The notes beneath the pieces were generated by a model. It was given only the letters and a program-made list of their open reading frames with translations, had not been told where the DNA came from and did no database searches. The position numbers were made by a program, and so were the translations under genes. Positions 43,350-57,075 of a stretch of DNA of 64,000 nt are shown piece by piece. The stretch lies in contig OX597824.1 of assembly GCA_951406725.2 (NCBI GenBank), positions 52,514,001 through 52,578,000 of the forward strand, given 5' to 3'. The stretch's first letter is position 1. Each line of letters opens with the position of its first letter. This DNA is from Octopus vulgaris. Its lineage: Eukaryota.

Positions 43350-43373
43350 AATAATAATGATAATAACAATAAT

Positions 43374-43928
43374 TGCCCTGATGCTGTACCAGACAGTGGC
43401 TCTCTTGGCTGCTGATCTTAACTGATTGGAAGTGTTATCATGTACATTGTTTTGTCTTGGTATAAAAGATGGGCTACAGCAAATATTCTGCTCAATACCA
43501 CAGATTTGCTTGTCAGTTGCTTGACCTTGACCAGTTGAGCATGTCCCTTAGTGGCTGATGATATGTACATCCCTGATCATGAACAGAAGTAGTGGGGGAG
43601 CATCATAGCCGTGTGCTGGGAGGGATTCTTTGGGGTTTGAATAATTCACCTCTGGAAACATGGGTGGTTCTTTCAACATCCTTAAACAACCCTTATTCCG
43701 GGACCTTTTGAGCGGGATGGGCTACTCAACCTGAAGAAATTTCTAACTGGGCCCCACTTGCAAGGTCATGTGCTGTTTATCTTGATATGAGATTACCATG
43801 TCGCGCACATATGGTTGTGATGCATGTGCCTGGTGTACCCTTATCAGACGGGTAGTCATGATGGGTATATTGGGCTTTGTATATTTTACCCCAGTGTCAC
43901 TTTGATGGCATGAACTGCTCTCTCACTC
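43374..43928 (-). mobile_element. ~555-bp element, copy 3
   Basis: Tandem to copy 2 across a short (TAA)-like spacer. Confidence 0.88.
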
Positions 43929-43968
<40 letters not shown>

Positions 43969-43974
43969 TTAATA

Positions 43975-44290
43975 AAAATTGAGAAAATGTGGCATCTCAA
44001 GGCGGTTACAATACCAGTGATCGAACGGAACCGAAAATTATATGAGAATGATCCCTGGCTTACCATCCCTGCAAGAAGTGCAAAAGATTGTCTTAACTGG
44101 TACATCACACGTATTGAGAAGAGCATTGTCGATGTGAGAACTGTTGCTGCTCATGTATTTTAATTTAACTTAAAAAAAAAAAATTAACGAACCATTGGGT
44201 TTGGTTTAATGGCCTACCAATGTATACTATGAGTTTCTTTGCCCTAGGAGTCGGGAAGACACTCGGCAAGAAATGAAAGCAAATTTGAAA
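43975..44290 (+). mobile_element. R4/Dong-type LINE 3' tip
   Basis: IEKMWHLKAVTIPVI..EVQKIVLTGTSHVLRRALSM-like C-terminus plus 3' UTR after (TAA)n. Confidence 0.65.
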
Positions 44291-44383
44291 GAAGAAAAAA
44301 AGAAGAAGAAGAAGAAGAAGAAGAAGAAGAAGAAGAAGAAGAAGAAGAAGAAGAAGAAGAAGAAGAAGAAGAAGAAGAAGAAT

Positions 44384-44592
44384 ATGGCTCACATAGCTTT
44401 TGATCCTAAATGATTGGAAGTGTTATCATGTGCATGTTTTTTCTCTTTTTAAAAGATGGGCTACAGTAGATATTCTGCTCAATAAGACAGATTTGCTTGC
44501 CAGTTGCTTGACCTTAACTAGTTGAGCATGTCCCTTAGTGTCTGACGATATGTGCATCTTTGATCACGAGCAGAAGTAGTGGGGGAGCATCA
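44384..44592 (-). mobile_element. ~555-bp element, truncated copy
   Basis: Matches the first ~220 bp of copies 2 and 3. Confidence 0.8.
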
Positions 44593-44597
44593 TAAAC

Positions 44598-45503
44598 GGA
44601 CAAAAACTGAATTAGCAAAGCTAGACAGAAGAATTAGGAAGGAATTTAATATGAATGAAGGATTCCACCCAAGATCAGGAGTAGCAAGATTATACCTAAC
44701 AAGAAAGGAAGGTTTAAGAGGGTTACTATCAGTGGAAGACTGCGTGGAGTTAGCTTGAGTAGATATAGTCTCCTATGTAGATAATAGTGAAGAAAGTTTA
44801 TTAAAAACTGCTAGAATCACAGCAAGACATGGGCAAACCAAAACACCAAACGAACTTAAAAACCAGAAAACAGAACAGAAATTATCTGACTGGCAGAAGG
44901 TAATGCATGGTAGATCCCCAAAGATAGTAGTAGCAAATAGTAGTAATGAGACATAGTTATAGTTGCAGAAAGGAAAACTGAAGAGGGAGACAGAAAGTTT
45001 GTTAGTAGCTTCACAAGATCAAGCATTAAGAACTAATTGGGTAAAAACCAAAATAAACAAAAACTTAGTAGATTCCCAAAGTAGATTATGCAAATTAAAA
45101 GAGGAAAGCGCTTCTCATATAATAAGTGATGCAGCATGCAGGCACAGAAAGAATACAAGAAAAGACATAATAATCTATGTAGAGCAATCCACTGGGAGCT
45201 TTGTAGAAAGCTAGGATTTCAACATACCGATAAATGGTATGAACATGAACTTAATAAATATTAGAAAGTAAGGAGTACAAGATGTTGTGGGACTTTAACA
45301 TTCAGACTGACAGAGTACTAGAAGCTAGAATGCCTGATTTGCTAGTAGTAGATTAGAGAATAGAAAGTGCCAGATAATAGACTTTGCAGTCCCAAACGAT
45401 GAGAAAATTAATATGAGAAATATAGAAAATTATCAAAGTACCAGGACCTAGCAATTACAGCTCGGTAGTGCAGTGAAAGCATGTGATAAAATTAAGACTA
45501 CTG
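44598..45503 (+). mobile_element. Decayed R4/Dong-type LINE fragment fused to a family-B 3' tip
   Basis: LDRRIRK..FHPRS..RLYL, LKRETESLLVASQDQALRT, WDFNIQTD..PD..IDFAVP; 45458-45503 matches the family B 3' end. Confidence 0.8.
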
Positions 45504-46599
45504 ATGAAGAAGAAGAAGAAGAAGAAGAAGAAGAAGAAGAAGAAGAAGAAGAAGAAGAAGAAGAAGAAGAAGAAGAAGAAGAAGAAGAAGAAGAAGAAGA
45601 AGAAGAAGAAGGAGAAGTAGAAGAAGAAGAAGAAGATTGAGGAAGCGGGAGAGTAAGGATTATTATTATTTTTCAAAAACACAAGGCCCCTTTATTTGAC
45701 AAGCAAGTTTTGATATTGAAAACTTGGTCGCTGTCTAGAATCTACACGTTGCATGTGGTTATAAAATAGTATGTTCCCAGTCGTAACAAATAAGTTTTTA
45801 TATCTACAAACATAAATTTATAATAGCCTCGATACATGTAGTTCCATATATATTTCCTTTTACTGTTTGAATGTAATATAGGAAACTGTATTTATTCTTC
45901 ATTTCGTCCAATATCATTTCACAGAACCATGAACTATTAGGTAGGTGTAAGACAAGATTAGTTTATTGATAGTAGGTTAGCTATAAATTCATTCAGAAGA
46001 GTAATTAACAGAGTTGCCAATTGACTCCATTCCAAGAATGCAAATAAACTCTTACTGTTTTGTTCTCTCTTCGATAAATATGGGTTCTTGTAGCTATAAA
46101 GGAGGCATATGTTTATGTTAGCAAGTGCACAATATAACGCAAGTAAATGAACCACGTGTTCTTTCTGTTGTGAACAATGTATTTGCAACAGTGAGTTATG
46201 ATGTGTCTAATTTTGTTAAATATTAAGATAAGTTTTCATGTTGTATATACTAACACACTAAGACGTACCGTGAAATTGATTTTTGCTTAAAAAGAAAAAT
46301 AAACAACTAAAGCAATTCCGAATCTCCTTTAAATTCTGTTCAGGTCTAACATATATATGATTGAGTAGCTATGTCACAGACTTTGACCTCCTTTCTGTTA
46401 TATTATTCTGCACCAGTTACATTAATTATGGTTTCTACTGTCAAAGAAGACGAAGATCTTGGTTTTCTTACTTTTTTCTTTCTTCTTGTTCGACTTTATG
46501 CAACAACCTTCTTCGCGTTTTTGTTAACGTTTTTCGTGCTTTCTCATAGACCAATGTCTCGGTTTTTAAATACACGTAACGTTATGAACTAAACCTAAA

Positions 46600-48395
46600 G
46601 GATTTAATGTATCTTACAGCATGAAAATATTAGTTGTTCTTTTGTAATTGTGTACATTGATATATATCTCTCACTGGATGGACTACTATTTTGTTGATCC
46701 TACGTTAATGGATATATATATATATATAACAAACACGTTAACAACAAATTCAAGCTGATAAAACAGCAACAATAGCGATCTCAACAGAATCAACACAGAC
46801 ACCTAAACAATATCGACGGGATTGTCATGTTGGAATGTGAACTACCAGAGGACTTCAGCGCCTCGACACCGAAAAACAATACCACCACCACCAACAAGAA
46901 CAACAACAATTACACCCCTGGAATATACGATGCAGTACAGCTAGATACAGATGAAATGCATGCCTTAGAGTTACCACCGAAATTCGCTACATATAAAAAG
47001 GTCAGAAAAATTGATTGTTCATCTGAAATTGAAAAAAACGCTCTTAATAATAAGATGAAGGTTAGAACAATACAACAACAACAGCAACAACAGAAACATA
47101 CGAAATCAAAACAACAACAACAATAACAATGCTAATGTGTATAGCAACAACAATAGAGACAATAATAACAACTATGATAACAACAATAATGATAATAACA
47201 ACAATAACAACAATAACAACAATGGACACAACACAAGCAATACCAGCAGCAACAACGGCAATGCCAGCAACCGTACCAACAACAATAGTAACACCAGTAG
47301 CACCCCACACCCTGTCTTCTATAACCTCAACAGCAAATCATATGACATGACGAGGATCTTTCCCAAAGACTTACCATTCAACAAAGGGGTACGTATCCTA
47401 CTACAGACTGACTGTGAGACAGCGGCAAGATTTCCTTAGCTAGAATAGACTCTGACACATCTTAAACCGGTGTAACAAAACCACTAAAATACATATATTA
47501 ACAAAGGCCTAAAAAACGAATTAGGAACAAGGAATTAGTGTGCCTCCCTACGGACAAGTCTGGCACACTGTCTATAGACAACCTACAGAAATATATCCAG
47601 ACCATGCAACAAGATATCAATAGCATGAGAGAAGTTGCACCACAAGAACATGAAAGAGTGGAAAAAATTCTTAATGCTCACATGAGAATGTGGTGCAACA
47701 TACTCCAACCCAAGACACGGACTGCATAAAATTTCCAAGCATTCAACAACGATGTTCCTACGCTAGTCGGGTTACTTGAGGACCATAAACCCTATGTAAA
47801 CGCTGTTATGCCCCACCCCACCAACCGGGCCAGTTTGAGGAGCGAATATCTCCAGCAATTACAGACTATCTTACTTCCTCTCACAGGTGTTACGACCATT
47901 CATTGAAATATCCTCAGATATCTGTGTGAGCACGGAGGATCTCCTCAGTAGAATCAGTAGTTTCAACCATTCCAACGACCTCATAGGTTGTGTAGTGGGT
48001 AGTATGGATGTAGTTTCATTCTACCCATCTATAGATACAGATTTTGCTGTGAAAAATGCATTGAGATTATCTGTGAGAGTGAAGTAGAGTTCTGTGAAGT
48101 CAACACTCGGGTACTGGGCCTCCTCCTTAAACTAAGCTATGACTGTAACTACCTAGACAATCAAAACCTGTCCCACCAGGTCACAGAGGGGAACACCACC
48201 CACCATCAGCTCGGCTGTGAAGAAAAGTACCGCAGAGCACTGGAGTGGCTGGACCATACCCACCCAAGACTCTGTGAACAACAGTCAGATGAAAAGAATG
48301 ATTGCACATACAATAGGGGCTAGCATGAGAACCACCTTGAAGAGAGACATAGTAAAGTTTAACAGGAAACTGTACATACAGGTTTAAGGTGCAGC
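46600..48395 (+). mobile_element. Penelope-like element, N-terminal and RT relic
   Basis: LELPPKFA, CLPTDKSG, VPTLVGLLEDHKP, STEDLL, VGSMDVVSFYPSID, VKFNRKLYIQ; broken just before RT motif B. Confidence 0.82.
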
Positions 48396-48409
48396 TATTC
48401 ATGTCGATG

Positions 48410-49240
48410 TGGCTGATGATGTGGCCTTCTATGGCATACACTGTCTATCCAGGGCTTAACAATTATTTCCAGGACCTCAATGTAGGCGGCAGAATTAACT
48501 CTAAGGCCTTGTGGGAAGAAGTAAGGAGGCATCACATGTCTTTCATTACTGACAACCCCTAAAACTATGACAGTTACAGGAAAATTTGTAAGCATAACAC
48601 TTGGAACTTCAGAAGGGTCTGCACATAACCATCTGTCATTTCTTCTGTTAACTTTTTGATTTTGGTCGAAGCTGTTCTCATATGAGAAAAACCAAATCAA
48701 ATCTTTTGCTAGATTTTTCAGTTTGGTTAAGAGCCTTTTAGATTTGATGTAGTGATTTTCTTTTGCTTTTTCTGACAAATTGACTTTTCCTCATCATATA
48801 TGACTTATATCTGATGTCTTCGTGGACAGCATTTCTGCCTGTTCCTTCTGACACATGGAGATCTTTTGAAATTGACCTCATGGACTTTCTGGGATTGTAA
48901 TCAATTGTCTGTTGAACTTGCTGGATAAATTCAGGTGGTCTGATGATTTCAGATCGTTTAGAGTGCTTTTTATGCTTTGATACTGGTGATACGATTCCAT
49001 CTTCAGTCTCTAGCTCATTACAAACTTTGTAGACGAAAGATCTGACAACTTTTAAAAGTCAGGATATTTCTAAACTGCTATGCTCAGCCTTTATAACCAC
49101 AGTAACAGCATGCCGCTTCATTTCTTGAGTAAGGTGAGGGTCTGCCATTTTTTTCTCCTAAAACAATGACTATACAGAGTTAGCAAAAAATGCAGCAATG
49201 ACCAAAAAAAGGTGTGTTCTCAAATACCTTACGCACCCTG
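48410..49240 (-). mobile_element. Tc1/mariner (maT/DD37D-like) transposon relic, 3'-truncated
   Basis: TIR-like CAGGGTGCG at 49240, ATG at 49148, WFFSYENSFDQNQKVNRRNDRWL, VIVLGVVSNE, LRVNSAAYIEVL..VKPWI. Confidence 0.85.
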
Positions 49241-49328
49241 AGCGTCTACAAATACTTTGCATGTACCACTTTTTCGCGTTGTTGTTTTTCTCTTGTTGTG
49301 TTTGTTCTTCGCTTTTTTTGGATTTAAT
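49237..49328 (+). mobile_element. PLE terminal-repeat 3' tip
   Basis: cctgagcgtc..tcgcgttgttgttt..ttggatttaa followed by (TA)n; homologous to 11356-11420. Confidence 0.55.
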
Positions 49329-49669
49329 ATATATATATGAAGATAACATTTTATTAAAAAATGTTATCAGTGGCGAGCATTTGAAAAATACCTTTTAAGA
49401 TGAAAATTATACAATTATATATATATAAATGTACTAGAAATTGTGTGTACAAATAGATGTTCGGCTGCTGTTGTTACGTTTAGAGTTCCACATAGATCCT
49501 CATAATCTATTCTGCTTCCTCTATAGTTGTGAAGAAACTTCTATACTGAGTAGCATACTAGTAAGGAACTACACAGCAAATGTAGGAGAAATAAGGATAA
49601 ACATGAGTTTGTATTATAGTTCCTACGCGCGTTTTACTATTATGCTTTTTTGAACCCTTGCAATAAGTG

Positions 49670-49810
49670 TTCCAAGCTCATTTAGACGCTTAACCACATC
49701 GTATCATCAGAGAACACTTTATTATTATAGTTACAAATAACTATGTAACTTAATACAATGAAGTGTTCTTTGATGATCCACTGCGGTTGAGCATTTAAAA
49801 GTGCTAGGAA
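49670..49810. repeat. Diverged ~65-bp inverted repeat
   Basis: ttcc..atcatcagagaacact..gttaca / tgtaac..agtgttctttgatgat..ggaa. Confidence 0.75.
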
Positions 49811-50379
49811 AAGCGCGCGCGCGTGTGTGTGTGTATGTGTGCTATACGCTCAGTCTATGAGATGATAGATTTAGAAAATATCAAGATTTGACAATTTTCG
49901 ACATTATACTTTTTACTTCGCAGCCTGTGGCACAATCTGTTATGCAAACGTAAACAAGCTTAGCATTGCTGCGAAGATTGGTTGGAATTAACAACAGGGT
50001 AATGAGATCACATGGTCAGGAAATAAATTATCTTGGTCCCATATATGATACGTTTAAAGCAAAACTACTTTTCTAGCAAACGATGTATATTTATATACAG
50101 ATTATGCATTACGATACATACTGCATGGAGAATAGAGAAATAATGATAATTTTCATGTATTTCATACTGCAACGTTAGTTCTAAATTTCTAACTGACCAA
50201 TTACAATTTCGCCACATCCTGATAGGTAAAATAATAGCAGTATGCGCGACTGAAATCGACACAGAACAAATATATTAAGGAATATTCCGTTTTTACACTG
50301 ATTTTGTAAACTTATTACTGTGAAATCGTGTTCTAAAACAGATGTATCTTGGGAGAATAATTTTACCAATAATGATGGT

Positions 50380-50778
50380 CCTCCAAGATCAGTTCCTGGA
50401 TTTTCATATTTTCTTTCGTTCGGGGTCGACGGTCACCCTGAACGAGGTTGGTTCACAAGCGACAAGAGACCATTCCTAAAATGTGAAAACCACCCGTAAA
50501 CTTGTGTTTTATGCATGGCAGCGGCCTTCTGAGCTGTTTGAAGTATGACAACTGTTTCGGACGCCTTTTGGTCCAGTAGAAAACAGAATTTCTCGAAGAA
50601 AAAAGGAGAAGTACTGCAAAACAAAGACACGCCACGTAGCAGTACAATCCCAGAAGAAAACGCCGGTCGACAGTCTAATGCCTGAGGGTCGCATCAAGTG
50701 GCTTCCAGCAGCAGAAGCTTGAACAACAATAGGCTTATCCCACATAGAACGTTTCCAGTTACTTTTCTGTACACTCTC

Positions 50779-50780
<2 letters not shown>
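50380..50780 (-). mobile_element. Mariner 5' fragment
   Basis: TIR-like CGAGAGTGTACAGAAAAGTAACTGGAAA; KFCFLL..ASETVVILQTA..MHKTQVYGWFSHFRNG..QPRSG. Confidence 0.82.
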
Positions 50781-50827
<47 letters not shown>

Positions 50828-50831
50828 TACA

Positions 50832-50865
<34 letters not shown>

Positions 50866-51006
50866 CATATTTAGATTAGTTGAAATATGCTTATGACATA
50901 TTTCAACTGCTAAAAGGCAAATACACTGCAGTTATCGTGGAAAATAGATCTCATAGCAAAAAGGTGTGAAAACTCCCGGTTCGTTTAGCGTTGCGATCTA
51001 TTAGGA

Positions 51007-51053
51007 ATCTCAGACATCGATGTCTCAAGCTTCTTGGCTCTTATCAATGAGAT
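51007..51053 (-). ncRNA. Minimal hammerhead-like motif (U3:A8; A14G)
   Basis: AUCUCA-UUGAUAA-GAGC CAAGAA GCUU-GAGA-CAUCGAUG-UC-UGAGAU. Confidence 0.65.
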
Positions 51054-51290
51054 GTACCTAAGAGAGGCAACTCTGAAGGAACTTATGAAGCCATAGCTTT
51101 ATGCATAATTTCAGAAGTCAGTGCATTTAGTATGTCTTTCCGTCCGTTTCTTTATTACTATACGTGTGTGACTTCTGAAAATGTTATTCACGTAACGCAA
51201 CGCACTCCTTATTTTTACTTGTGTGTGTGTGTGTGTATGTGTGTTTGTGTGTGTGTGTGTGGTGTGTGTGTGGTGTGTATGTATGCATGT

Positions 51291-51345
<55 letters not shown>

Positions 51346-51346
<1 letters not shown>

Positions 51347-51485
51347 TCACTAAATGCGACTAGGGTGTTAGGAAACACATTGCTAGAAATAAGAGCTAAA
51401 CCGTTCTAATGCTGTAGTTAACGCAATTTAGCTTTTATTTCAAGCAATGTAGGTGTTTCGTAACACCCTAGTCGCATTTAGTGAC
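51346..51485. repeat. ~55-bp inverted repeat abutting (GATA)n
   Basis: gtcactaaatgcgactagggtgtta.. / ..taacaccctagtcgcatttagtgac. Confidence 0.88.
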
Positions 51486-52698
51486 ATTTGTAATTCTTCT
51501 TTTTGCTGAACTGCTGTTTATATATCTAATTTCATACACATGTTATTGCCCAAAACACTTGCGAAAATTGCCGCGTATGGGTTCGAATGCAGTACTGGAC
51601 AGTTGGAAAGTGATCTTAGTAATCATATAACCATATGGTTACTGTGATATCCTTTGTGTACTGTTTTATTACATATACACATATTTATTGTACCCTGGTT
51701 CTACAACATATCTGCATAGTTATTGCGCAAGTTTAAAGAGAAGTCTATCCGCTACGATCACCACCCACATTCTGCTTTACCTGGCAATTTTAGTGAAGTG
51801 AAGAAGTGGAAAACAAAATTAGAGACGGAAAGTATTGAACTTGCTATGAAGTGACGTAGTTTTGTAGTTGAAATGATGTTCTGTTTTGCCGAGATAAAGT
51901 TAGAGTAGCAGCATCAAGAGCATCAAGGATTATAAATGTGGATTTAGAGAAACAGTTAAGGTATATTGTATTTCCAGCTTATTATAGATATTTACCATAT
52001 TCTTATCAGTTGGAAAACTGATTTCTGTAACAAGAGCGTATGTGACGTTTTAAGTTTTTTCTTCTTTCTAACGGAAAAGTATTTGGCCTTTTATGCTCAC
52101 ATTTGATAAATGCTTACACTGTAATGTTTGCTTGATATTTATTTCCAAAGATATAAGATAACTTTAAATTTCTAGTTGTTTTGTATCTTCATTAGTGTAA
52201 TCGTTTCTGTGAATGGCACCTATACAATTCTGACTAAAGCGCAATCATATTCCAAGAGGCCATAGTTTTACAAGAAACGCTAGTTTGATAAGCCTTACGT
52301 ATCTTTATATGACGTTTCAATAAGCTGAAGTAGTGGAAGTATTTGTGGGGATGCTGGTGAGCGATGATATTCATAATAAATGGAAATATTTGGGAAACCC
52401 TTCTGTCTTCGTGCAGTACGTACATACATGTGTGCGCGCATGCTTGTGTGTGTGTGTGTGTGCGTGTGTGTGTGTGCGTATGCGTGTTTGTATACGTATG
52501 TAGACGTTGTGAACGCAGGTATTTCATGTCTATGTTATTATTTTCTTGTGTGAATATGTATGTGTGTATATATATATACCTTTATAACTTAGTATATATA
52601 TATCATATACTTTTATATTTTTTATCTTTTTTCTTTTTACATCTATTAGAGTTACTTTCCTTTTATTTAACGGTTTTCCGTAGCGTATGTTGCCATTT

Positions 52699-52759
52699 AA
52701 TAGCTCACGAGAATGTACCGTAGCTCTTCGCTCCGACATTCAAAACTCTGAGTACTAAT
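52699..52759 (+). ncRNA. Decayed hammerhead-like motif
   Basis: AAUAG-CUCACGA-GAAUGU..ACAUUC-AAAA-CUCUGAG-UA-CUAAU. Confidence 0.45.
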
Positions 52760-52812
52760 AATGACAACCGTTTACTGTTTGCTCTATAAATTATACCGCA
52801 TACATACATATA

Positions 52813-52846
<34 letters not shown>

Positions 52847-52847
52847 C

Positions 52848-52895
<48 letters not shown>

Positions 52896-54329
52896 ATAAT
52901 AATATGAATGCTTCTGGTACTATGACTTTATCAAACCGTGCAGAAATATTTAAAGGACACCTTTGACATTTTTAGTGACTTCTTTAGTGACGAAGACAAT
53001 ATTTTATAGGAGTTGTAGTTAATTCAATTTACATGAACATTTTACTTGGTTTTATTTTATTAAGCCCGTGAAAATAAATCAAATTAGAACCTGTGGTGAT
53101 TTCCAGTAAGAATTTAGAATAATCGAACCAAATTCTGTAATGCATTAACCTAGGCACACTCCTTTGTTAGCCATTTCCACCACTTTTATGTCTGCTGTAA
53201 TATTGATTTGTTAGTTTGGAATAAGACCATAAATTCATTGTATAATGTTTAGATCTTTATCTGAAGAAATAGTTGTAAACAAGGTTAAATGGCTTCAATC
53301 GAGACTAAAAGCCAGGTTACAGTCTCAACTCCCCAGGAGCATAATTTTTACTTTATAAAGCCCGCTATTAAGTCTGACTTTTATATTTCTTATTCATCCT
53401 GTCCTTGTGTATAATAACACTGCAGGGTACACTTTCATCTCTCTCAACATAATTATAAGTTTTGCTGGAACCTAATGATATGGAGATGGTTGTTCTGACG
53501 TCATGGGAATGTTGTTAAATGATAAAGTTCTTTCTTGGTTCCGTGACTCTGCCTGATATATGGATGTTCAATACAGCATCAAAGAGAATGTAGTGTATTT
53601 GTTTGCAATTGCGAACATAAATCTACTAAAAAATTTTGAAAGAATTGTTGAAAAGCTTATGAAAAAAATTACAAACCAGCAGATCTGAGATGCTGCCTGG
53701 AAATTTCCTTTTGGAAAGGTTTATGTCACTGGGAAATTAATTCAAAGACTCTTTCTTTTTATCTTTTTTCAAAACAACAAATGACATACCTAATTTAATA
53801 ACTTCATTTTATTTATTCTTTCTTGTTTTACCTTTTAACCATACGGGAAGACATAGCTCATTACCCTTTACAAGGCTTCTGTGTCTGGTAGGGAGAACGG
53901 AAAGAAGATATCCTCAAATCGAAAACCTGGCCCCAATGCTTACATCAGAGTGGATTCTACGAAAAACATCAAAAATACCAGGTGATGAGGTGGGGAGCGA
54001 CTAGGACTACTACACGAGTGGGTCATGGTGGTATTTGAATTCAGAAGGCAGAGACTGGGGAAATATTGCAACGCATCCCGTCCAACATTTCTACAATTCT
54101 GCCAGTCCACTGCATTTGTACTTTATTATCAACTCTGAAAGGACAAAAGCAATGTTGTGTTCAGCGGTATTCGAACTCAGGTTGCAAAGTCGTGCCTATT
54201 AAAATAATGTTATTCCTCTTTCTCCCTTTATACTCTACAAATAGCTTCAAAACAAATATAAGCATGAGGTGAGACATCATAGAATAGAAGACGAAGAAAA
54301 ACTGCATCCGTAGCCCTTCCAAGCCTTTT

Positions 54330-54700
54330 TGTGAGCGCGCGCGTGGGGTCAAGAAGCTCACTTTGCAACTTTAGTCCCAGCGTGGCACCTTGGGCAAGTG
54401 CCTTCTACTAACGCCCTAGACTGACTAATCTCTTGTAAGAAAATTTAGTAGACGCAAGCTGTGTGGGAGTCCATTATGAGTGTATGGGGGTGCTTTTATG
54501 CTTGTGTTGCTCCCACTCTACTCTTAACAATCGGTATTATTTTGAATACGCCCTTATAACTTAGCGCAACAAAAGGAGATAATGAAATATGTACTAGCCT
54601 TTTAAAAAATGATTAAGAACTGGGGTCATTTCGTTCGACTAAACCGTTCAAGGCGGGGCCCTTATAGAATCACTGTCCAATGACTAAAACAAGTAAAAGA
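54330..54700 (+). mobile_element. Old SINE family I copy
   Basis: agtcccagcgtggcaccttgggcaagtgccttctact and 3' tgactaaaacaagtaaaaga. Confidence 0.7.
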
Positions 54701-56817
54701 AAATTTATAATACATAATAAAACTTAGAACAATATCGAATGTGTCTGGTTGAAACTTCTTAACATTATTTGAGGTTACTCGACTGATATAGCTAATATTA
54801 CAGAGATGGTGGTATAATGTTACCTGGTGTAACTTCCTATAAATTTGTGTTATCTAGAAGTACTGAATTTTGTCTACAAAGAGTAGTTTCCATTTACCAT
54901 TCCATGGCATACTATGCATCACTTCTTCTGATGTAATGGTTCAGTCATAAATGCTAAGCTACATTATGCAATATTTCATGTATGTAGCAACGAATCTTAA
55001 AATATTTTTTATTGTGAACGTGTGAAATTTATGAGTGTTTTCTACTTTTTCAATTTGCCTTATAATCGGAGCATTATTTTTTTTTCTGTTTTTTGTTTTA
55101 CTTTTCCAAAAAATTCATCAATTTTCTCCTTTGAAACTATCTTTTATATTTCTATAGTTTTGTTCTACTGCTCTCAACAGACAACATTATATCTTCCTTA
55201 AGCATCTTGTTTTGTTTCAATTGTTTTTAAGCATATTTTTGTTATGCTATTTTTTTTGAGTTCTCATTTATATTTGTTGAATTGATTATCCTTTCTCTCG
55301 GGCAAATAGTGTATTTCCTACATTATTATATATTTCAGAACTTCTTTTGATTAATTTAGTTTTTAAGTTCTTATAGAATTGGTTATTTCGCTTGATCAAA
55401 CTTTTTGTATTTTGATAATGTCAATGTTTGTTACTTTACTTATTTTATATCTTTTTTCTAGTGAATCTTTTTTTCTGTACGTCCAGAAATAGTTCCTTGT
55501 ATAAGACCGTATAAATTTACATGATTATATCTTCGTGTTTTACTGAAAATATCTGCGTATACATACTTATGATGATAAAAAATTATAAATAACTCTTCAA
55601 TCCTAAAGAACGTATGAAGACAACGCTTCACATTTGATACAGCAAAGTTTTGGCAATAGAATGTTAGGCAAAGCATGTATTATTTTCATTTGTATATTCC
55701 CCAACATTAGATACATTAGGGCAAACAAATTATAAATTACCTATAACAAACAATCAATCTATAGGTAATCCAAAGCTTTAAACACAAGCCCTTTTATTTC
55801 CAGCCCCGTGCAAGTGAGTGTTTAACAGATTGTTACAAGTTGTTCAATCAATAAGAGTACTCAATACATGTTCAAAGTTACAATCTCACAAGCTTTATAA
55901 CGTGAATTTCAGGTTGCTGAATGGCAATCTTCGGACAATCTTCGTCTTTTTGAATTATTCACATGGTTGTTCTGGCTCGCATGATTTTTGCTGCTTATAT
56001 TCGGTGATATATTCAATAAATATCAAATTTGAGTCACTCTTCACCTTTTGTCGTCAACTGAACATGTTTATGCACACGACAAAAAAAGGCGTTGCCATGA
56101 CTACAAGACATTAGTCAGTCTGGTTTGTATTTTTAGTCAGTTTGTATTTTTTTACATTCTACTTGTTTTTAGGAATTATTTCATGCGTTACTGGAAATTG
56201 TTCTAATTTCTCAAAGCAAAAAATCATCACATTCTATAATCCCTCGTTTATCTTCCTGTTACCTTTTTACATAATACATTTCTACAAACAAAAACTGTTC
56301 AATGTCTAGTTTGGGGATTCTTTGTATAATTGGTCTAGGCTCGTTTGTGTATATGATCATTTTACGGTTGGGTCTTTATATAATAGTTCTTTGTTGTGGT
56401 GTGCAACTGCAGTTAGCTTCTACAGTTTCTAAACTTACTGTTGAATAACTGAAATGCTTGTAGTTCTTGTTCCTAGGAGAAAACGGCTTCTGCTTATTTC
56501 CCAGCTGTTTCATCAGGTAAAAGTGAACTCTCCACTTGAACTTACTAATCACTGAGTAAAGCTACTTAAAAATAAGACTTAATAAACTGACGTTGCTGCT
56601 GTGGTACATTTTAAGTAGAAGAAAATACCATGAAACACGCAGCATATTTAATATCAAATAACCACGAAATTGTTAATGGAATTTGTTGATTGGCTAAAAA
56701 TGTATTATATATACTTTCACATACACATATTTTATTACATTACTATAGGTTGTAAATTATTTTGGCTTGCTGACAATTTGACAGAATTTCTACAGTCTGT
56801 TGTTTTATTGATCCTTA

Positions 56818-57075
<258 letters not shown>

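Noticed and set aside
49670-49810. CUGAUGA in inverted-repeat arms as a hammerhead
   Set aside because: No downstream stem II-GAAA; kept only as an inverted repeat
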